Origin: the human T2T-CHM13v2.0 reference genome, Homo sapiens
DNA: 64,000 nt
Assembly: GCF_009914755.1 (NCBI RefSeq)
Contig: NC_060930.1
Strand: one strand, 5' to 3'
The position numbers were made by a program, and so were the translations under genes. Below, in pieces: positions 46,184 through 61,290 of this stretch (position 1 is the stretch's first letter; each line of letters begins with the position of its first letter). The notes beneath the pieces were generated by a model, which saw nothing but the letters and a program-made list of their open reading frames with translations, had not been told where the DNA came from and did no database searches.

Positions 46184-47411
46184 CTGGACTTGATTTCTTG
46201 ATTGCCTGCACCTAGAGTATCCATCGTCTTTCCTACGTGGCTGGGCAACTAGGTTTATCCCTTTCAGGCTAGCCCTCCTTCATTGCCATAACATCTAGGG
46301 GTGACATTGACTGAGTTGTATATGATTATTCATCATTTCTCGGGCCTAGATAGATTGTAATGAGTTTTAGGGCTTGTCAAATTTCAAGGCTCTGTTTTTA
46401 TACCACACATAATTTTGGGAATTTGTAAAGTGCTTAATAATTATCCATCAATGAGTAAGCTTTGAAGGAAGATTAAAAAGTATTATGAAATAAATTACAG
46501 AGTTATAGTTGAGGCTTATTCAGAGCAAAATTATTTTTGGTGTATTTTGAGCACTAGGTAAATGTCAAAGGCACCCATGAGAAATAGCAAAAACTGCTGT
46601 AATAGTATAAATTCTCATTTATAGCTGCTGCAGAAGAGATGCAAATGTTCTCTATGTGGTTGCTCTGTGTGAGGAGGTGTTTCATGGGACTATCAAAATC
46701 CTATCTTAGGTTGTCATTTTGGACACTAAAAATTTTCAAGTAATAATTTAAAGAATCTTGAGGTTTCCTTTTGATATGGCCTAGAAACCTTTGGCAACTA
46801 ATTTCTGTATGACTCAAAGGATTTCCCCTAGAAGGGAATCCTACTATTTGGGCTTTTAAAAATAAACTGTCATTCTGGATACATTTGTAGCCCTGACTAG
46901 TGGGTGAGCATGAGTTTCATTCTGAAATCCAGAAAGAATAATGAGACTAAAAAAAATCAAGACACTGAGTACAGTATATTAGTTAATATAGCATATAATT
47001 CAATGTTTGCTTTAGAATTTTGAATTTAGCCAAAAAATAATTGGATCAGGTACTAATGATCAAAATGAGATCACGTGAGGAATTAAGGAGTGTACATAAG
47101 ATCTTGGATTACATGTTACATAGTCATGTGGCGTAACCAAATGTATCCAAGTGTATTTACATGTGACTTTGAATTATAATGGCAGAGAGTTGGTCAAGGA
47201 AGAAGAGTACCCAGGCACCCAGCAAGTTAACACTGGAAACAGATGGTAGGAGCGGTTTCAAATTGAGCCAACTTATTTAAATTACAAAGAGATCTTCAAG
47301 TTCATTTTGCTATCCATAGAAAGCAATAAATCACACCTATTAACTTACCTAATTGTCTTTAGCTAGCAATATTAGATTCAGTCTCATACTCCTTTAACTT
47401 TCATTTAATAG

Positions 47412-47871
47412 TGTTATTGGTTGAGGGTGGGTTGTTGTCCAGGTTCTTGGTGTTTCGAACAAATAATTGAACAAAATGCACAAACAAAGCAAGGCAGCAA
47501 AAGCAGAGATTCATTTTAAACCAAAGTACACTCTAAAGGGTGGGAGTGGGATTGAGCAACTGGCTTAAGAGCATAGGTAACAGAATTTTCTGGGGTTTAA
47601 ATACCCTCTAGAGGTTTCCCATTGGTTTATTCTATGCAAATGAAGTAGTGGCCCACTACCAGTCTGATTGGTTGTTGGAGGGGACCAATCAGAATGAAGA
47701 GTAGGCCTGCAACCAGTCTGATCCATTGCAGGAGGGGACCAGTCAGAGGTAGTTTCATTTTTCAACTTCCCCTCGGAAAAAGGAGGGGCTGAAAAGGGAG
47801 TAGCCTCTGATATCCAGTCAGCATGAATGAGCCTTAGGCTCCCTGCCTCCAGACCCTATTCTCCTGCCTCA
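47412..47871 (-). mobile_element. MER51-family ERV1 solo LTR
   Basis: Minus strand starts TGAGGCAGGAGAATAGGGTCTGGAGGCAGGG; 4-bp TSD ATAG. Confidence 0.88.
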
Positions 47872-48488
47872 ATAGCAGTTTGAGATAAAATGCAATGTTT
47901 GAAAGCTACCTTACAGTGAGTTAGTGATTTCCGTTTAATATCCTTAATGTATTACTTCAAAATAACAGAATTTATTGAACAACACACAAGTCAATTTGCT
48001 TATTAGCACATTGTTCTCTGCAGAACTGCTGGCGACCTCATTGCCCTACTTTGGAAACCACGTTAATATACTGGGGAAACAGATTTAGTTAGCTTTGAAC
48101 CATGATCACAGGACAATTATGAAAACATGCAAATTTGAAAGGCTAGACTCTGACACCACAAATTTTTAAAATAATTCTCCAAAAACATTTGCATCTAGGA
48201 TGTGACATGCTTAAGGAGTGAAAATCTAAACTAGCTTTTCCTTTCCTTCCCTGCTTCTGCAAAAAGCATATTTTCCCCTTCACATTTGCTGAGCAATTTT
48301 TCTTTATTATGCATATTAGGTCAGTTGTGGAAGAAAGAAGTCTTTTTCTAGTAGGATTACTTGTTTCAAAGCTTAGACTAGCTTAGATTGAGGGTAAGAA
48401 TAGCATAGAACTGTCCAGTCTGAGTAGGGCCAAGTTTGCCAAGAGGGGTTATAGGTTATCTAATGTGACATAAAGAATACCCAGGTTA

Positions 48489-48803
<315 letters not shown>

Positions 48804-49309
48804 CTAACGTGCTGGTCAAAGGCTTGGAGCTACAAATAGGATGGAGACTGGAGATGGCACACTGAGTTTAAGGACCTAGACCTGAGGGAAGAATTTAAAT
48901 GGAATATTGTGACTGCAAGGTGGGGTGTTGGCTCTGTCATGAGCCTGACACCCATGGCATTACTACACCCTGCCTGAACTAGTTCTTGGCCTTCCTGCTG
49001 TTGGGAGGACCAGTATCTAAATGTGTATCTTCCTGTGTTAGTGCAAGTTCCACTGTGGCTTAGATTGTTCATCTGGTGGTTTGGAGCACACATCCTGAGA
49101 GATGAACGAATGGAACAATTGTTAGTTTATTGACCTAGTCCTGTGTGCCTGGACACTGCACCAGACAATTGATATACCTTGACTGGTTTTTCATTCCCTA
49201 AGTCTTTAATTATTTGGTTTTACAAATATTGCTATTTCTTCAATATGTGAACACTGATTCAGACAATATGTGTCATTTTTCTAGTGCTTCAGATTTGAAA
49301 TCTGGGAGT

Positions 49310-49790
49310 TTATTCATTCACTTACTCAGCAAATATGTATTAGGTATTTACTAGTGTCAGGTACTGTGCTGGGCATTGGGTATAAAAAGTAAAATAAAAG
49401 AAACATGACCACTATCCTCATGATACTTATAATCCAAGGGAAAAAATTGACTTCAAATAAACAAATGCCTACATAGATATAGATATATAAGATTACAAAT
49501 TAAGCAGTAATTTATAATAAATACTGTGAAAGAAAAATCGGGGGGTATGAAAAACATGATGACGTAATTTAGATTGAGGAGTCAAGGAAGACAACTTTCT
49601 GAAAGTGACATTTGTGCAGAGACCTCAGAATAGGCAACAGTTAGTTAGCCGTATGAAAACAAGGAGTAAAATAATTGCAGACAGAAGGAAGGGCATGAGT
49701 AAATATCCTGAGGTGGGAGATGGCTCAGTGGGTTCAAGATACTGAAAGCAACTGGAACTTGGTGGGCGAGCAAAAAGTGGTAAAAGATGA
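49310..49790 (-). mobile_element. L2 3' end
   Basis: TTCATTCA...CAAATATGTATTAGGTATTTACTAGTGTCAGGTACTGTGCTGGGC. Confidence 0.75.
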
Positions 49791-49835
49791 AGTAGTATTT
49801 GACTCTTTCCCGTTTTCACTCATCACATCAAATTA

Positions 49836-50068
49836 CAGGTTGAGCATCCCAAATCTTAAAACCCCAAATCCTAAATGCTCCAAAATTAAAAACTTTTTGA
49901 GCACTGATATGACATCCAAAGGAAATGCTCACTGCAGCATGTCAAATTTTGGGTTTTTAGATTTGTGATTCTCAACTGATATAACGCAAATATTCCAAAA
50001 TCTGAAAAAAATCATAAATCTGAAACACTTCTTGTCCCAAGCATTTCAAATGAAGGATACTCAACCTG
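49836..50068 (+). mobile_element. Tigger4a (MER46A) MITE
   Basis: TIRs CAGGTTGAGCATCC / GGATACTCAACCTG; TA TSDs. Confidence 0.9.
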
Positions 50069-50330
50069 TAGTTGTTTTTATTTCTCTCTTATAATCTTCC
50101 TCCCAGCCATGTCTTCTTTTCTGTTTCTTTCCTACCCCCAAACTCAGGCTCCTATTACATTGAAGCTAAATTTCTGTGTCAGATTTGTAACTGAGTTATC
50201 TGCCTCCATTTCGTTTCTCTCCTTGATCCATTTACAGATCATATAGACAAGATTTTTAAAAAAATCATACTTTTATCAATAAATCTAAAGTTCAAAGAGA
50301 TATTTAGGGGAGACATATAGTCTAACTTAC

Positions 50331-50730
50331 TGTATTAGTTGAGGTAGGTGAACCGCAGTTACAAACAACTCCCAAATCTCAGTGGCCTACCACAATAAAG
50401 GTTCATTTCTTGCTGTGTCCGTCTAATGCAGGTTGGCAGGGATGTTCTCTGCCTGTGCAGTCATTTGGTGGCTCATGTCTCTTCCATTTAGTGGGTCAGT
50501 CATCCCCTAGGTTTTTGACTCTTCTGTTGAATCAGTCTCAAATTTCTAGAAGACAAAATCTGACTACCTAGCTTGGATCAGATGATTTCCTTTGGTTCTA
50601 TTAACTGACATGGGGGAAGGGTAAGTTATGTACATCAAACATGGGTGCAGTAGTCATTCTTGTGGGTTGGGGCCATTTATACAGAAGGGGAAATGAGCTG
50701 GGCAGATCCCATCAAAAGATGTGTTATTCA
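50331..50730 (-). mobile_element. MLT1 MaLR LTR
   Basis: TGTATTAGTT...ACAAACAACTCCCAAATCTCAGTGGC..ACAATAAAGGTTCATTTCTTGCT. Confidence 0.7.
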
Positions 50731-51443
50731 GGCAGACATTTTTACTTCATATATTAGATCTTTATATATTTGAAGAAAATCATCCAGTCTTCTTATTTCC
50801 CACAAGCTTTATTATTTTCTCATGAGAATGCATATTTCCGCTTTCTTAGGGGCAACATCCAGGTTATTACAGTAGCTTATCAACTTTCCTAAAATTCAGC
50901 TGTAAACTTCCTTCCAATTTCACCTGTTGGGTGAATTAACTACACTCTTAATTAATTATTCTCAAGTTCTGAATTCCTGCATGGCTTGATTCAATCAATC
51001 AAGCAACCTTTAACCTTGCTTGTACAGTTGCCTAGCATTAATTTTCAGCTTTTCAAACTCCATATCTTGCCCCATTGAAGATGAAGACCATGTCTTATTT
51101 GCCCTTTGAATTAATCACAATATAATGCTGACTGTATTCCTTCCTTAATTGTATTCAAAAACTTAATAATCTCTCCTTCCTCAGGAATACTTTCATGTTT
51201 ACAGAAGGAAATCTTCATTTATCTCTTGATTCTGTGATAAGCATTGTCCTTAATTGGTCTACAGAATGTGTCATTTACTCTCAAGAAATGCAGACTCCAA
51301 GTTACCATGTATTGAGGCTCGCTATGTACTGGGAACTCTGTTATGCAATTTTATACGCATTATTTAATCCCACAACAAGCCTATGAGATAGTTACTATTA
51401 TTATTTCCAAGATCACACAGCTAATCTAATTCTGGAACTTTAG

Positions 51444-52070
<627 letters not shown>

Positions 52071-53039
52071 TGACTCAAGAGTGCAGAGAGCCAAGAACAA
52101 AGCTGAAGTTTAGCCAGGGAAAGGAGAGTGTTCAACTAAAATTAACTCTGTAGGCAGCATTCCCAGTTGTTTGAGTTTCAGGATCCCCTCCTCAATTTCC
52201 TAAGAAAAACAACATGCAAGTTAAAAAAAAAATAAACAGTAGTTAGGGGCAAAGAAACCGGTGTAATTAGGGCTAAAGTGATCTGTGGTATCTCTAAATG
52301 GTAGCTCCATTTAGAGAATGATCTCAGAGGCAGTTTTGGAAGGGTTTGGATCAGAGCAAGGAGGAGATCATGAGTGCAAGACTATAAACTATGGTCTATA
52401 AATCAGAAAGTTTATACTAAATTCAGAAACTTTAATGCTTCTTGGGGACTGTGGGCTTGTTAATATGCTACTGGCCTGATTTTGGTTAAGTCTAAGGATA
52501 AACTGGAAAATCATTAGTCCATGTGGCTATATCTGTTCTACCTGGTACTGTAGTTGTGCAGAGGGCTGCTCCCACCCTTCAGCACTGAGATCATGGAGCT
52601 CGTTCTCTTGGTGGTTTTCATGATTGAACCTGGATTAATAGTTACTAATTATATATATGTATAACTATCAATAGTGTAATCATGGTTATTATGAAATATT
52701 GATATAATTATTAATGCAACTAACTACTCTCCCTATATTCTCTGGTCTCTAGTTTCTATCAAGGAAGACTGAGCCCACACAAAGGCTTAGGATAGGAGGA
52801 GAATCAACATTCAGGGCTGCCTCTGAAACCCTTGTGCTATTGTAAACAGATTCCTCTATTCCTCCAGAGAAAGTTGGAAAGTGGAAAAGTTGCCTTTTGC
52901 TTCTTAGCCTTAATGCTCCTTCTAGTTTTTGGCTTTAATTGAAATCCCAGTCTCACAGGTTACCAAAGACATTGTTGTCATGATGTTGTGGTGATGATGA
53001 TGGGTAGGTGGTGAGCTGTTGCTCAGCTGTCTGCACTAC

Positions 53040-53230
53040 AACTTCTAAACCAAGAATTGTCCAACTTTAGTGAACATCATCATTTGGAGGGCTTCTGAAA
53101 ACACAGATTTCTGAGCTCCATCCTCATTTCTGATTCAGTGGGTTTGGGGTAGAGCCTAGAATTTCATTTCTAACAAGTTCCTAGGTGACATTCATGCTGC
53201 TGGCCTGGCAACTACACTTTGAGAATCATT
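53040..53230. mobile_element. MER5A (hAT-Charlie)
   Basis: TTCTGATTCAGTGGGTTTGGGGTAGAGCCTAGAATTTCATTTCTAACAAGTTCCTAGGTGA...CACTTTGAGAATCATTG. Confidence 0.8.
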
Positions 53231-53473
53231 GTTCTACCTCATTACTGATTAAAATGCTCAACTTCCTTTGCAACCCTTGGCAATAACCTATACCATGCAC
53301 TCTCCAACTAACAGCCCAGTCGCCACATATATACACTTTTGGAAGATATTATGGCAACAAGTCCACTGTTTCCTTTGCTACTCCAACTTCTCTATAACCC
53401 TAACTTCCACTATTTCCAATTCTCACACTTCCTCACCACAACTTCACCTACTCTTTGAGCACAAGGACAGTTT

Positions 53474-54132
53474 TGTGGCAGGCCGGGTCTCACTAACACA
53501 GGCCTCTGTAACAACTGTTTCAGCACTGACGGAGTGGCCAAGTTAAATATTAAAAGCTGATCGAGCTAGTGCCCTTATACAAAGGCTGGAATGTAACAAA
53601 AGCCCACCAGGAGTTTTGCTCAGGCCTTTCCTGGGCCTTGAAGTGTGACAAGATAACAAATGAATTCTTAACAGAGGCCTGTTTAGGATTAAACAAGTTT
53701 TATTGGAGGTCTGAAGAAACTCCCCAGACCTCCACAAACAAGTTTATTGGGGGGTCTGAAGAAACTCCCCAAACCTCCATGATTTAGCAGGAGACAAGAT
53801 AAGGGTAATCACCCAGCACCTGGACCCATTAGGATTAAGTAAATTTACGGAGGCTCCAGAGGAAGGTCTTCAGGATTCAGATCTTAGTTATAGATTAGAA
53901 GAAGTTAATCACTTATGTCTTCAGATGAATGCACACTAACACACAGACATATAGCTTAGAAGGTATATAAGCTCTGGAAAACTTTGTAACTTTGAGTTGG
54001 CCTGGCGATATTTTCCAGGCCTTTTCCCTGTACCCAGTTACAGAAATAAACTGTCTTCTTTCCCAGTTCGTCTGCATCTCATTATTGGGCTGCGAGAATA
54101 GGCAGCCTGACCCTCAGCTTGGTCCGGAAACA
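53474..54132 (+). mobile_element. well-preserved ERV solo LTR (family unassigned)
   Basis: TG...CA ends, 4-bp TSD GTTT, TATATAA ~53964, AATAAA ~54045, internal ~45-bp tandem duplication 53691-53780. Confidence 0.85.
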
Positions 54133-54245
54133 GTTTGGTCACCTCAATTCCTTTATTTAATTCACCTTTTGATCTCTTCTTGGCTTCTAGGCCTTCTCCA
54201 TACTGCCGAGGATCCATAGTTGATTATTAGAATTACTCTCCATTG

Positions 54246-54595
<350 letters not shown>

Positions 54596-55032
54596 TCAAT
54601 GTTAGGTCATTGCCACAACCTGCCTTCTCCATTTTTACACTGGTTGGGGAGGGAGTGATAAAGTTGATAAGAATGTAAACACAAATAACCACAATATACA
54701 GCAATGTCCCATTTAAATCATAAGCATAATACAGAAATTCGTGAACTTGTAAAGGCAGGAAAGAGAACATCTAGTTAGAATGATCATAAAAAACTTCAAG
54801 GCTATTACGGCAGATACAAATATGAATAAGACACTACTAGACTTTTTTAAGCCCTTAAGTATAGGAATGGCATAATTTATATTCATTTCACTGATAGCAC
54901 CAAGCGCTTTTCAAAAGAGAATTAATGAATTATGTCTCCTCTAGTGTGATTCTTTATCTATTACACAGTGCAGTGTGAAATGCCCTAAGGGGGCTTAAAT
55001 GCTGAGTAAACAAATTTTTAAAAGCAATTTAG

Positions 55033-55077
55033 ACACGCACACACACACACATACACACACACACACACACGCACACA
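55033..55077. repeat. (CA)n microsatellite
   Basis: Seen directly. Confidence 0.95.
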
Positions 55078-55633
55078 TTAGATGTACAAGCATAGAAAAG
55101 TCTTGGAAGGATAAATACTGTCTTGCTTTATCCATCAGCATACTGATTACAGTTGTGATGAGGTAAGTACCCACACCTTTTGTAATGTAAAATTGTGCAG
55201 CAAAACAGCAAAAATAAAATATTACTTGGGGGAAAAAGACAATTAACTTGTTTTTGGCCAAAGGTGATAGAAACAATAATACTTGCATTTCCTGAGGCCC
55301 TACCATATGTCAGGCATATGCCACCTTATTTACCCCTCACCATCACCCTACAGGGCTATATTATGTATTATCTTCATTTTGCAATTGGGAATAGTTATTG
55401 TATTTCTTCCATTATAAGATCAAATTTAAAAATACTTTAAATCATTGGAATGTGTATGCATGTTATCATTTATGGTGTCTTAGACTTGATAAAATAACGT
55501 AAGTCACATTATTATAAATCATTAGATATAATATTCTAACTTATGGTTTAATTGGCTCTAAATTCTGTGCTTTTCCTCCATTGGATTGCGTTATCTTTTC
55601 TAACAAAAGTAGACTTTTGCTCCTTCTCCAAGT

Positions 55634-55653
55634 TTTCTTTCTCTCTTTCTCTT

Positions 55654-55690
<37 letters not shown>

Positions 55691-55734
55691 CCATGCAGGC
55701 ACACACACACAGTTTTTCCTTTCTCTTTCTCTCA

Positions 55735-55772
<38 letters not shown>
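55634..55772. repeat. compound (CT)n-(CA)n microsatellite occurring twice
   Basis: Two CT-rich/CA-run modules separated by TGCCATGCAGG(CA)n. Confidence 0.95.
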
Positions 55773-55773
<1 letters not shown>

Positions 55774-56294
55774 TCTTACATCTTAGTCCAAAGTAAAAAT
55801 ATCCTGCTTATCAGATGCTCTGCCTTATTTTCAAGGCTTATGCTTATTTTGAGTGTAGCCATGGTGAACTTCATCTATCTAACTGATGTGCTAGTCTAGT
55901 CTCCTACCTACTGCTAAATTACTCAATTAACCTATTTTGTTCAATTCCATTTTAGCCACAACCCTTTAGTTTCAGTTGCCTTGACATTGGGGAAAAAAAC
56001 CCTAATCTTTCTTATCTATTTGGTTAATTGGCCAAATTAATTCTGACAGATATCACATAGGTATTTTTGTTTTTCTTGGGGCAGCTAGCCACCCTGGGCC
56101 AGTGCTTCTCAATCTGGGCACACAAGAAACAACTGGTGTATCTTCTTGAAGCAAGAGTTCTCCTTGAAGATTTACTTGAAGAGAAAGTTGAAGCAGGACA
56201 CTGAAAAATGTAGATGAAAATCTTTGAAAGAAGTATTTTTTATCTTAAAAGAAAAAAGAAAATATTATGAAACAGAATAAAATATCTGTAGGCA

Positions 56295-56591
<297 letters not shown>

Positions 56592-56649
56592 CTGTAGGCA
56601 TTTTTAAGGCACAACTTTAATGGAATTTTGAACTGGTGGTAAACTACTC

Positions 56650-56885
56650 ATGGTAACCTGTGGTTGAAACCATAGGCTTTGGGGCAAGACTGAAACCTAG
56701 CTCCTCCCTTTTCTAACTGTACCCTGGGGCAAGTTGCTTAGCCTTTTTGTGTCTCCATTTCTCATTTGTAAAATGGGAATAATATCATCTGCCTCATAGA
56801 GTTATCATGAGAATTAAGTGACCAGTATATGTTAAATGTTGGAACAGTGGATCGTTCATAGTGAATTCTCCCTAATGTTAGCTAT
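56650..56885 (+). mobile_element. MIR
   Basis: GGGCAAGTTGCTTAGCC...TTTCTCATTTGTAAAATGGGAATAAT core. Confidence 0.8.
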
Positions 56886-58221
56886 TTTCATTTTCATTTA
56901 TATTTCTAGATATCCCAAGGGTTATTATTTTGTCCTCCTCTTTTGTTAAGTTGTCTCAGAGCAAAAGTTTGAGCAGCCCTGCCTTAGTCCTTCCCCAGGA
57001 TTCTCTCCAGTATGCTGCACTTGGTTCTCATCGGCTGGTCTTTTGTAATGTTTCAGGAATGCACTGTTTTCCTTTTTCTCTTCTCTGTCTCTTTTTTTTC
57101 CAGCACCATTAAAAACAAAGAGTAGCTGTTTTAGGAATTTGGGAAGTGAAGAAACAAGACATTCGACTGTGAGTTTCACCCATGTTTAAAACGAAATAAC
57201 CTAACAATCGGGAGTGGCGTGCTACCGTTAAGATTTTGGAGGTAGAGACGTGAAGATTTTCAGTCGCAACTCCCTTTAGAACCATGGCTTGAACCCGTAA
57301 AGTATGAGGGCTGCCCATAAAACTTTCTCTTCTAAGATGTGGGATATGTGTAGTCTCATCTAGTTATGGCTCATCTGGGAATGGATTTTCTGACGCAAAT
57401 GAGGTTTAAAAAAAAAAGGCATAGTGTCTCTTTATTTGGTTAACACTATTTCTGCACTTTGTTTTTCCTTGTCAGCTTTAAAAGGAAGAGAACAAAAGCC
57501 AACCACCCTGCCAAAACTTGGCAGTAGAATTTCAGTGAGTGAAAATTCTCCACCTACAGTAATGTTTGAAGTGGTTGCACAGTGAGGGCCCCCCAGCCCC
57601 CACCCCAACCCACCCACCCCTCCACTGCAGGCCATTCTTGACCTGTTAGGACACCATCTTATGCAAAGTTAAGAAAGCCCAAGAGCCTAGAACCCACAGA
57701 AAAAGGCCAGTGTAAGACTAAGGGCATCTATCCCCTGTTCTTTTTTCCCTGTTCCATCTGATATTATCTTTGGCTCAATAGTCCTAGAACTCAGAAGGCT
57801 GATACTCCAATGTACCCTAGAATTGCTAGACTCAACTCTACCATCTCCTCCGCTCCCAGAACCTGGACTCTTGGAGGGCAGACAGCAGGATAGGAGCAGC
57901 CTCAAGGACGGGAAAGCAATGGAGACTGACCTATCCTTTGCTATTTCCCTTTGCCACCAATATCTTCTAGTTATAGGATTTTTGCACCTAGAAATAAAAT
58001 ATACAAATATTGACCATAACTTACAGTAATTCAGTGCTTCTAAGTTCCCATGTACCATGGCAAACACATGGATATATTATAGCAACATCATAAAACAGAC
58101 ATGATTATTTCTATACCAAGGATAAATCTCAGGTTTAGAAGAAAGGTTGGAAAAATTCTTGAAGGTCACAAGCCAGAAGTACATGGCACTGAAACAGATC
58201 TGACTCTTGAGTCCAAGCCTA

Positions 58222-59205
58222 TTGTATTGACTTGCTATCAATGCATAACAAACCGCATCACACAAAACCAGTAGTATCTTTGAGTCATCTTGGGGGTTGG
58301 CTGATTTAAGCTGGGCTAGGCTAGGTGGCTGGGGTAGCTCTGCTCTATATGCCTCTCATCTTCCTCCTGGGACCGTAGGTTGCCCTGGACATGTGTAAGA
58401 AGAAAATTGGAAATATGCAAGGTCTCTTAAGGCCTAGGCTTGGAACTGGCACACTAATTTCTGCCTCATCCTGTTCGTCAAGGCAAGTTACAAGGCTGAG
58501 ACTAATGTCAAAGAGCAAAGAGACATACCTCATTTTTTTTTAAGAGATAAGGGTATGCCTGTTGATTAGGTTGTACTCAAATGCCTGGGCTCAAGGGATC
58601 ATCCTGCATTGCTGGGACTACAAATGTGCACCACTGTGCCCAACTGAGATATACTTCACCTTTGTGGGGTGTAGTGGATGCTGAGGTGCACTTCCTGGTC
58701 CCTTTCCAGAACCAAGGCACTTACTTTCTCAGCTGCTAGGAATATTGCTTGCTGATGATGGCTCACCAAGTCCACTGACTCCCATCCTTTCACCTCCACC
58801 CTCGCCCTGGAGTCCCCATCCCACTGCCCACCAGGAATTGTCCTCAGCTGAAGGGCACTGCTTTGCCCAAGGGTGCCCCTATGGTCAACCCACATTCAAA
58901 GACTAGTCAGATGTGAGTATGAAGTCTGACCTCTTGCCTCAATTCAAGACATCTCTGAAGAGCTATCCTAGCATCAGAGCTTCCCATAGGATTGGGTGAG
59001 GCCTGGGTTGCAATTAAATTAGTCCCATTTTTTTCTGTGTCAATCTTGCTTCCCCTATTCCCTTAAAATGGCTGTTTCCAAGAGCATTCCTCAATAATTA
59101 CTCCATGAAATCTAACCTTCAACATGAGAGGGACTCCAAAGCCAATGGTGAAGGGCAAAGATATAGTATAGGAAAGAATCAAAACCAATAACGCAATCTA
59201 CCACA
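58222..59205 (-). mobile_element. MLT1 LTR interrupted by an Alu fragment (~58533-58645) and an LTR16-like element (+, ~58670-59125)
   Basis: MLT1 ends TGTATTGACTTGCT... and ...CAATCTACCACA; LTR16-like start TGTAGTGGATGCTGAGGTG. Confidence 0.55.
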
Positions 59206-60149
59206 TCTTTGCATTTAAGAAGTAGATTAAACTGCATCCCAGGTCCAAAAACAAAAGCATATAGTAGAGCAGACAGAATCTCTGTCTGACATGTCTTAAT
59301 GTATATCTAAACCATTGATATTGGACCTTGAAATATATTTGACTTGGAAAAGGCATGTGGTCCTGAAGAGTTGTGGGCAAATGGAAACTTTGTAAATTGA
59401 ATTAAATTCCAAATGCATGGTGGGGGTTTGGTATTCTAAAGTGAAAAATGTGGTGAATTATTTTATGAATAACCATTTTAATAACATTGATTTTTCTATG
59501 ATGAGTTTTACATATCAGCAATTTATTTCATTTTTATGAACCCATTCTATTTTTAAAATAATTCTGTGTGTGTGAAATTATAGCATGATGTCATACGTTT
59601 GTTTTTTGGTCTCCAATCCTTGGTGGATTTCCTTTGCATAAATTTTAAGTTTACATGAACCTGAAAAGATTCCAGGGACTCTGGGCAAAGCCATGGGTGC
59701 ATGGTTGTTGGAAATGGGTACAATGGATATAAGTAGCCGGGCAGACAAACATCCCAGGAGAAGAAATTTTGGCCAGGTCATGTTCCTTTGTCCAGTAAAA
59801 AAAGCAGGAGGAGAGAAAATAGATAATTTACTGTACTCAGGGATAGGGATTGATAAAATAGCTACAGCAGAAGGAAAAGTCAGCAGGAAAATCAAGAATT
59901 CTAACAGAATATTGCGGATATGACTGTTCATGATCTCCAGGGGTATGAAGGGCAAGCCAGGCTAAAAAGTGGACCAGAACACTGGTGGTTGAGGGATTGG
60001 AGGCCCCAGTGAGAGGAGGGAATAGGCACACAGCAGTGACAGATTCAATGGAAGTTTTTCCATATTTATGATATGCAAGCCATGTGTATTTTCATTTCCC
60101 TCATGCTTTTCTGTGAAGGTTGAGGCTCTCCCATGTGATAGTTTCCTCT

Positions 60150-61030
60150 ATCAGTCAGGATTCTAAATATTCTTGATATTTTAAAGAAGAGATTTAATAC
60201 CAGGAGATGACAAAGGTAAGAAGCCTAAAGTGGGAGAGTAAGGCATCCTTGAGATTATCAAGAGCAGGAAGCTGCTACCACTGCCTAAAGCTTAAGGGAC
60301 AAAAGGAGCCAGGCCACCAGGGAGAAGTTGGAACCACAGAAGCTCTTGGAGCAAGAGCTGGGTCCATAGAAGAGATGGCCGCTGCCAGAGACAATACTTG
60401 AAGCTGAGAGAAGTGGGGAAAAATACCCAGCTTCTCCCTTTCTGCTCTCTCTTCAGGGCCATCCAATGGCTGAACTGACCCAGAAACCAGAGGGCAAAGG
60501 AACAAGGAAAAAGTAATTCTCTGTGATACGGAACAGGGTAGAGCGGGGACAGGGGATAAATCTAAGAGCAAAACAGGACAAGACTAGCACATGGCCTCAA
60601 CTTCTCTGCTCTCCATGGCAATGTCTTCCTCCTCTTCTGTTTCCAGGAGTCTCTAATTCCTGCCACTTATTGCCCCAGGCTCCCTTGATAGCTGGTTTCC
60701 AGGTGGGGGCACAGCCAATGGGTGGCAGCAGCAGGAGACTGGGAGATAAAAGGAAAGGTTGGGTTATTTTTCCCCATTCCCTCCCTGCTTTGGAGCCACC
60801 TCTCTGGAAGGCTCCCTCCACCATTATAGATCCTGCTGGTGGTCTGTCTTCCGTGGCTCCAGGTCTCACCAGCTCTCACCAGGTCTCTCTCTAGGAGTGG
60901 TTTCCTTCTATTGCTGGTCTCTGGGTGTCTCAACATCCCTTGCTAATTCCCTTAATTCTGCCCACAGCTATGTCAGCAGTATCTTTGTTAAAGTCCCTTC
61001 ATTTGAACAATTTGGCTTGAGTTCTGTTTT
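60150..61030. mobile_element. ancient ERVL/MaLR-like LTR fragments
   Basis: LTR-like 3' end ...GTTAAAGTCCCTTCATTTGAAC...TTTCTGCCAGAACCCTGGCT; highly diverged. Confidence 0.4.
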
Positions 61031-61099
61031 CTGCCAGAACCCTGGCTAGTATCCTGACCTACTGTGTTCTTTTCCAAGCTCCTTTCAAGTGTCATATTT

Positions 61100-61290
61100 T
61101 CCCCACTGTTGCCCAGATCAGCAGTGTGGTATAGTAGAAAGAATACTGGACTTACTGGCAGACAGACATGGTTTTATTTCTGATTCAGTCACTTACAGAG
61201 TTACTGGCTGGGAAAGTTATTTAACCTCCTGAGCTTCCGTTTTCTTGCTGGTAAAGTGGAAAGGGGATAATGATGAATTTCAGTTGGATA
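61100..61290 (+). mobile_element. MIR
   Basis: GCAGTGTGGTATAGTAGAAAGAATACTGGAC...AAGTTATTTAACCTC. Confidence 0.75.

Noticed and set aside
53691-53780. ~45-bp direct repeats (and the 24-bp array at 43150) as CRISPR-like arrays
   Set aside because: Internal LTR tandem repeats with no unique spacers or cas genes, in mammalian DNA.
59578-59955. Overlapping 125-aa and 76-aa ORFs in unique-looking DNA
   Set aside because: No recognisable homology, splice context or processed-pseudogene hallmarks (poly-A, TSD).
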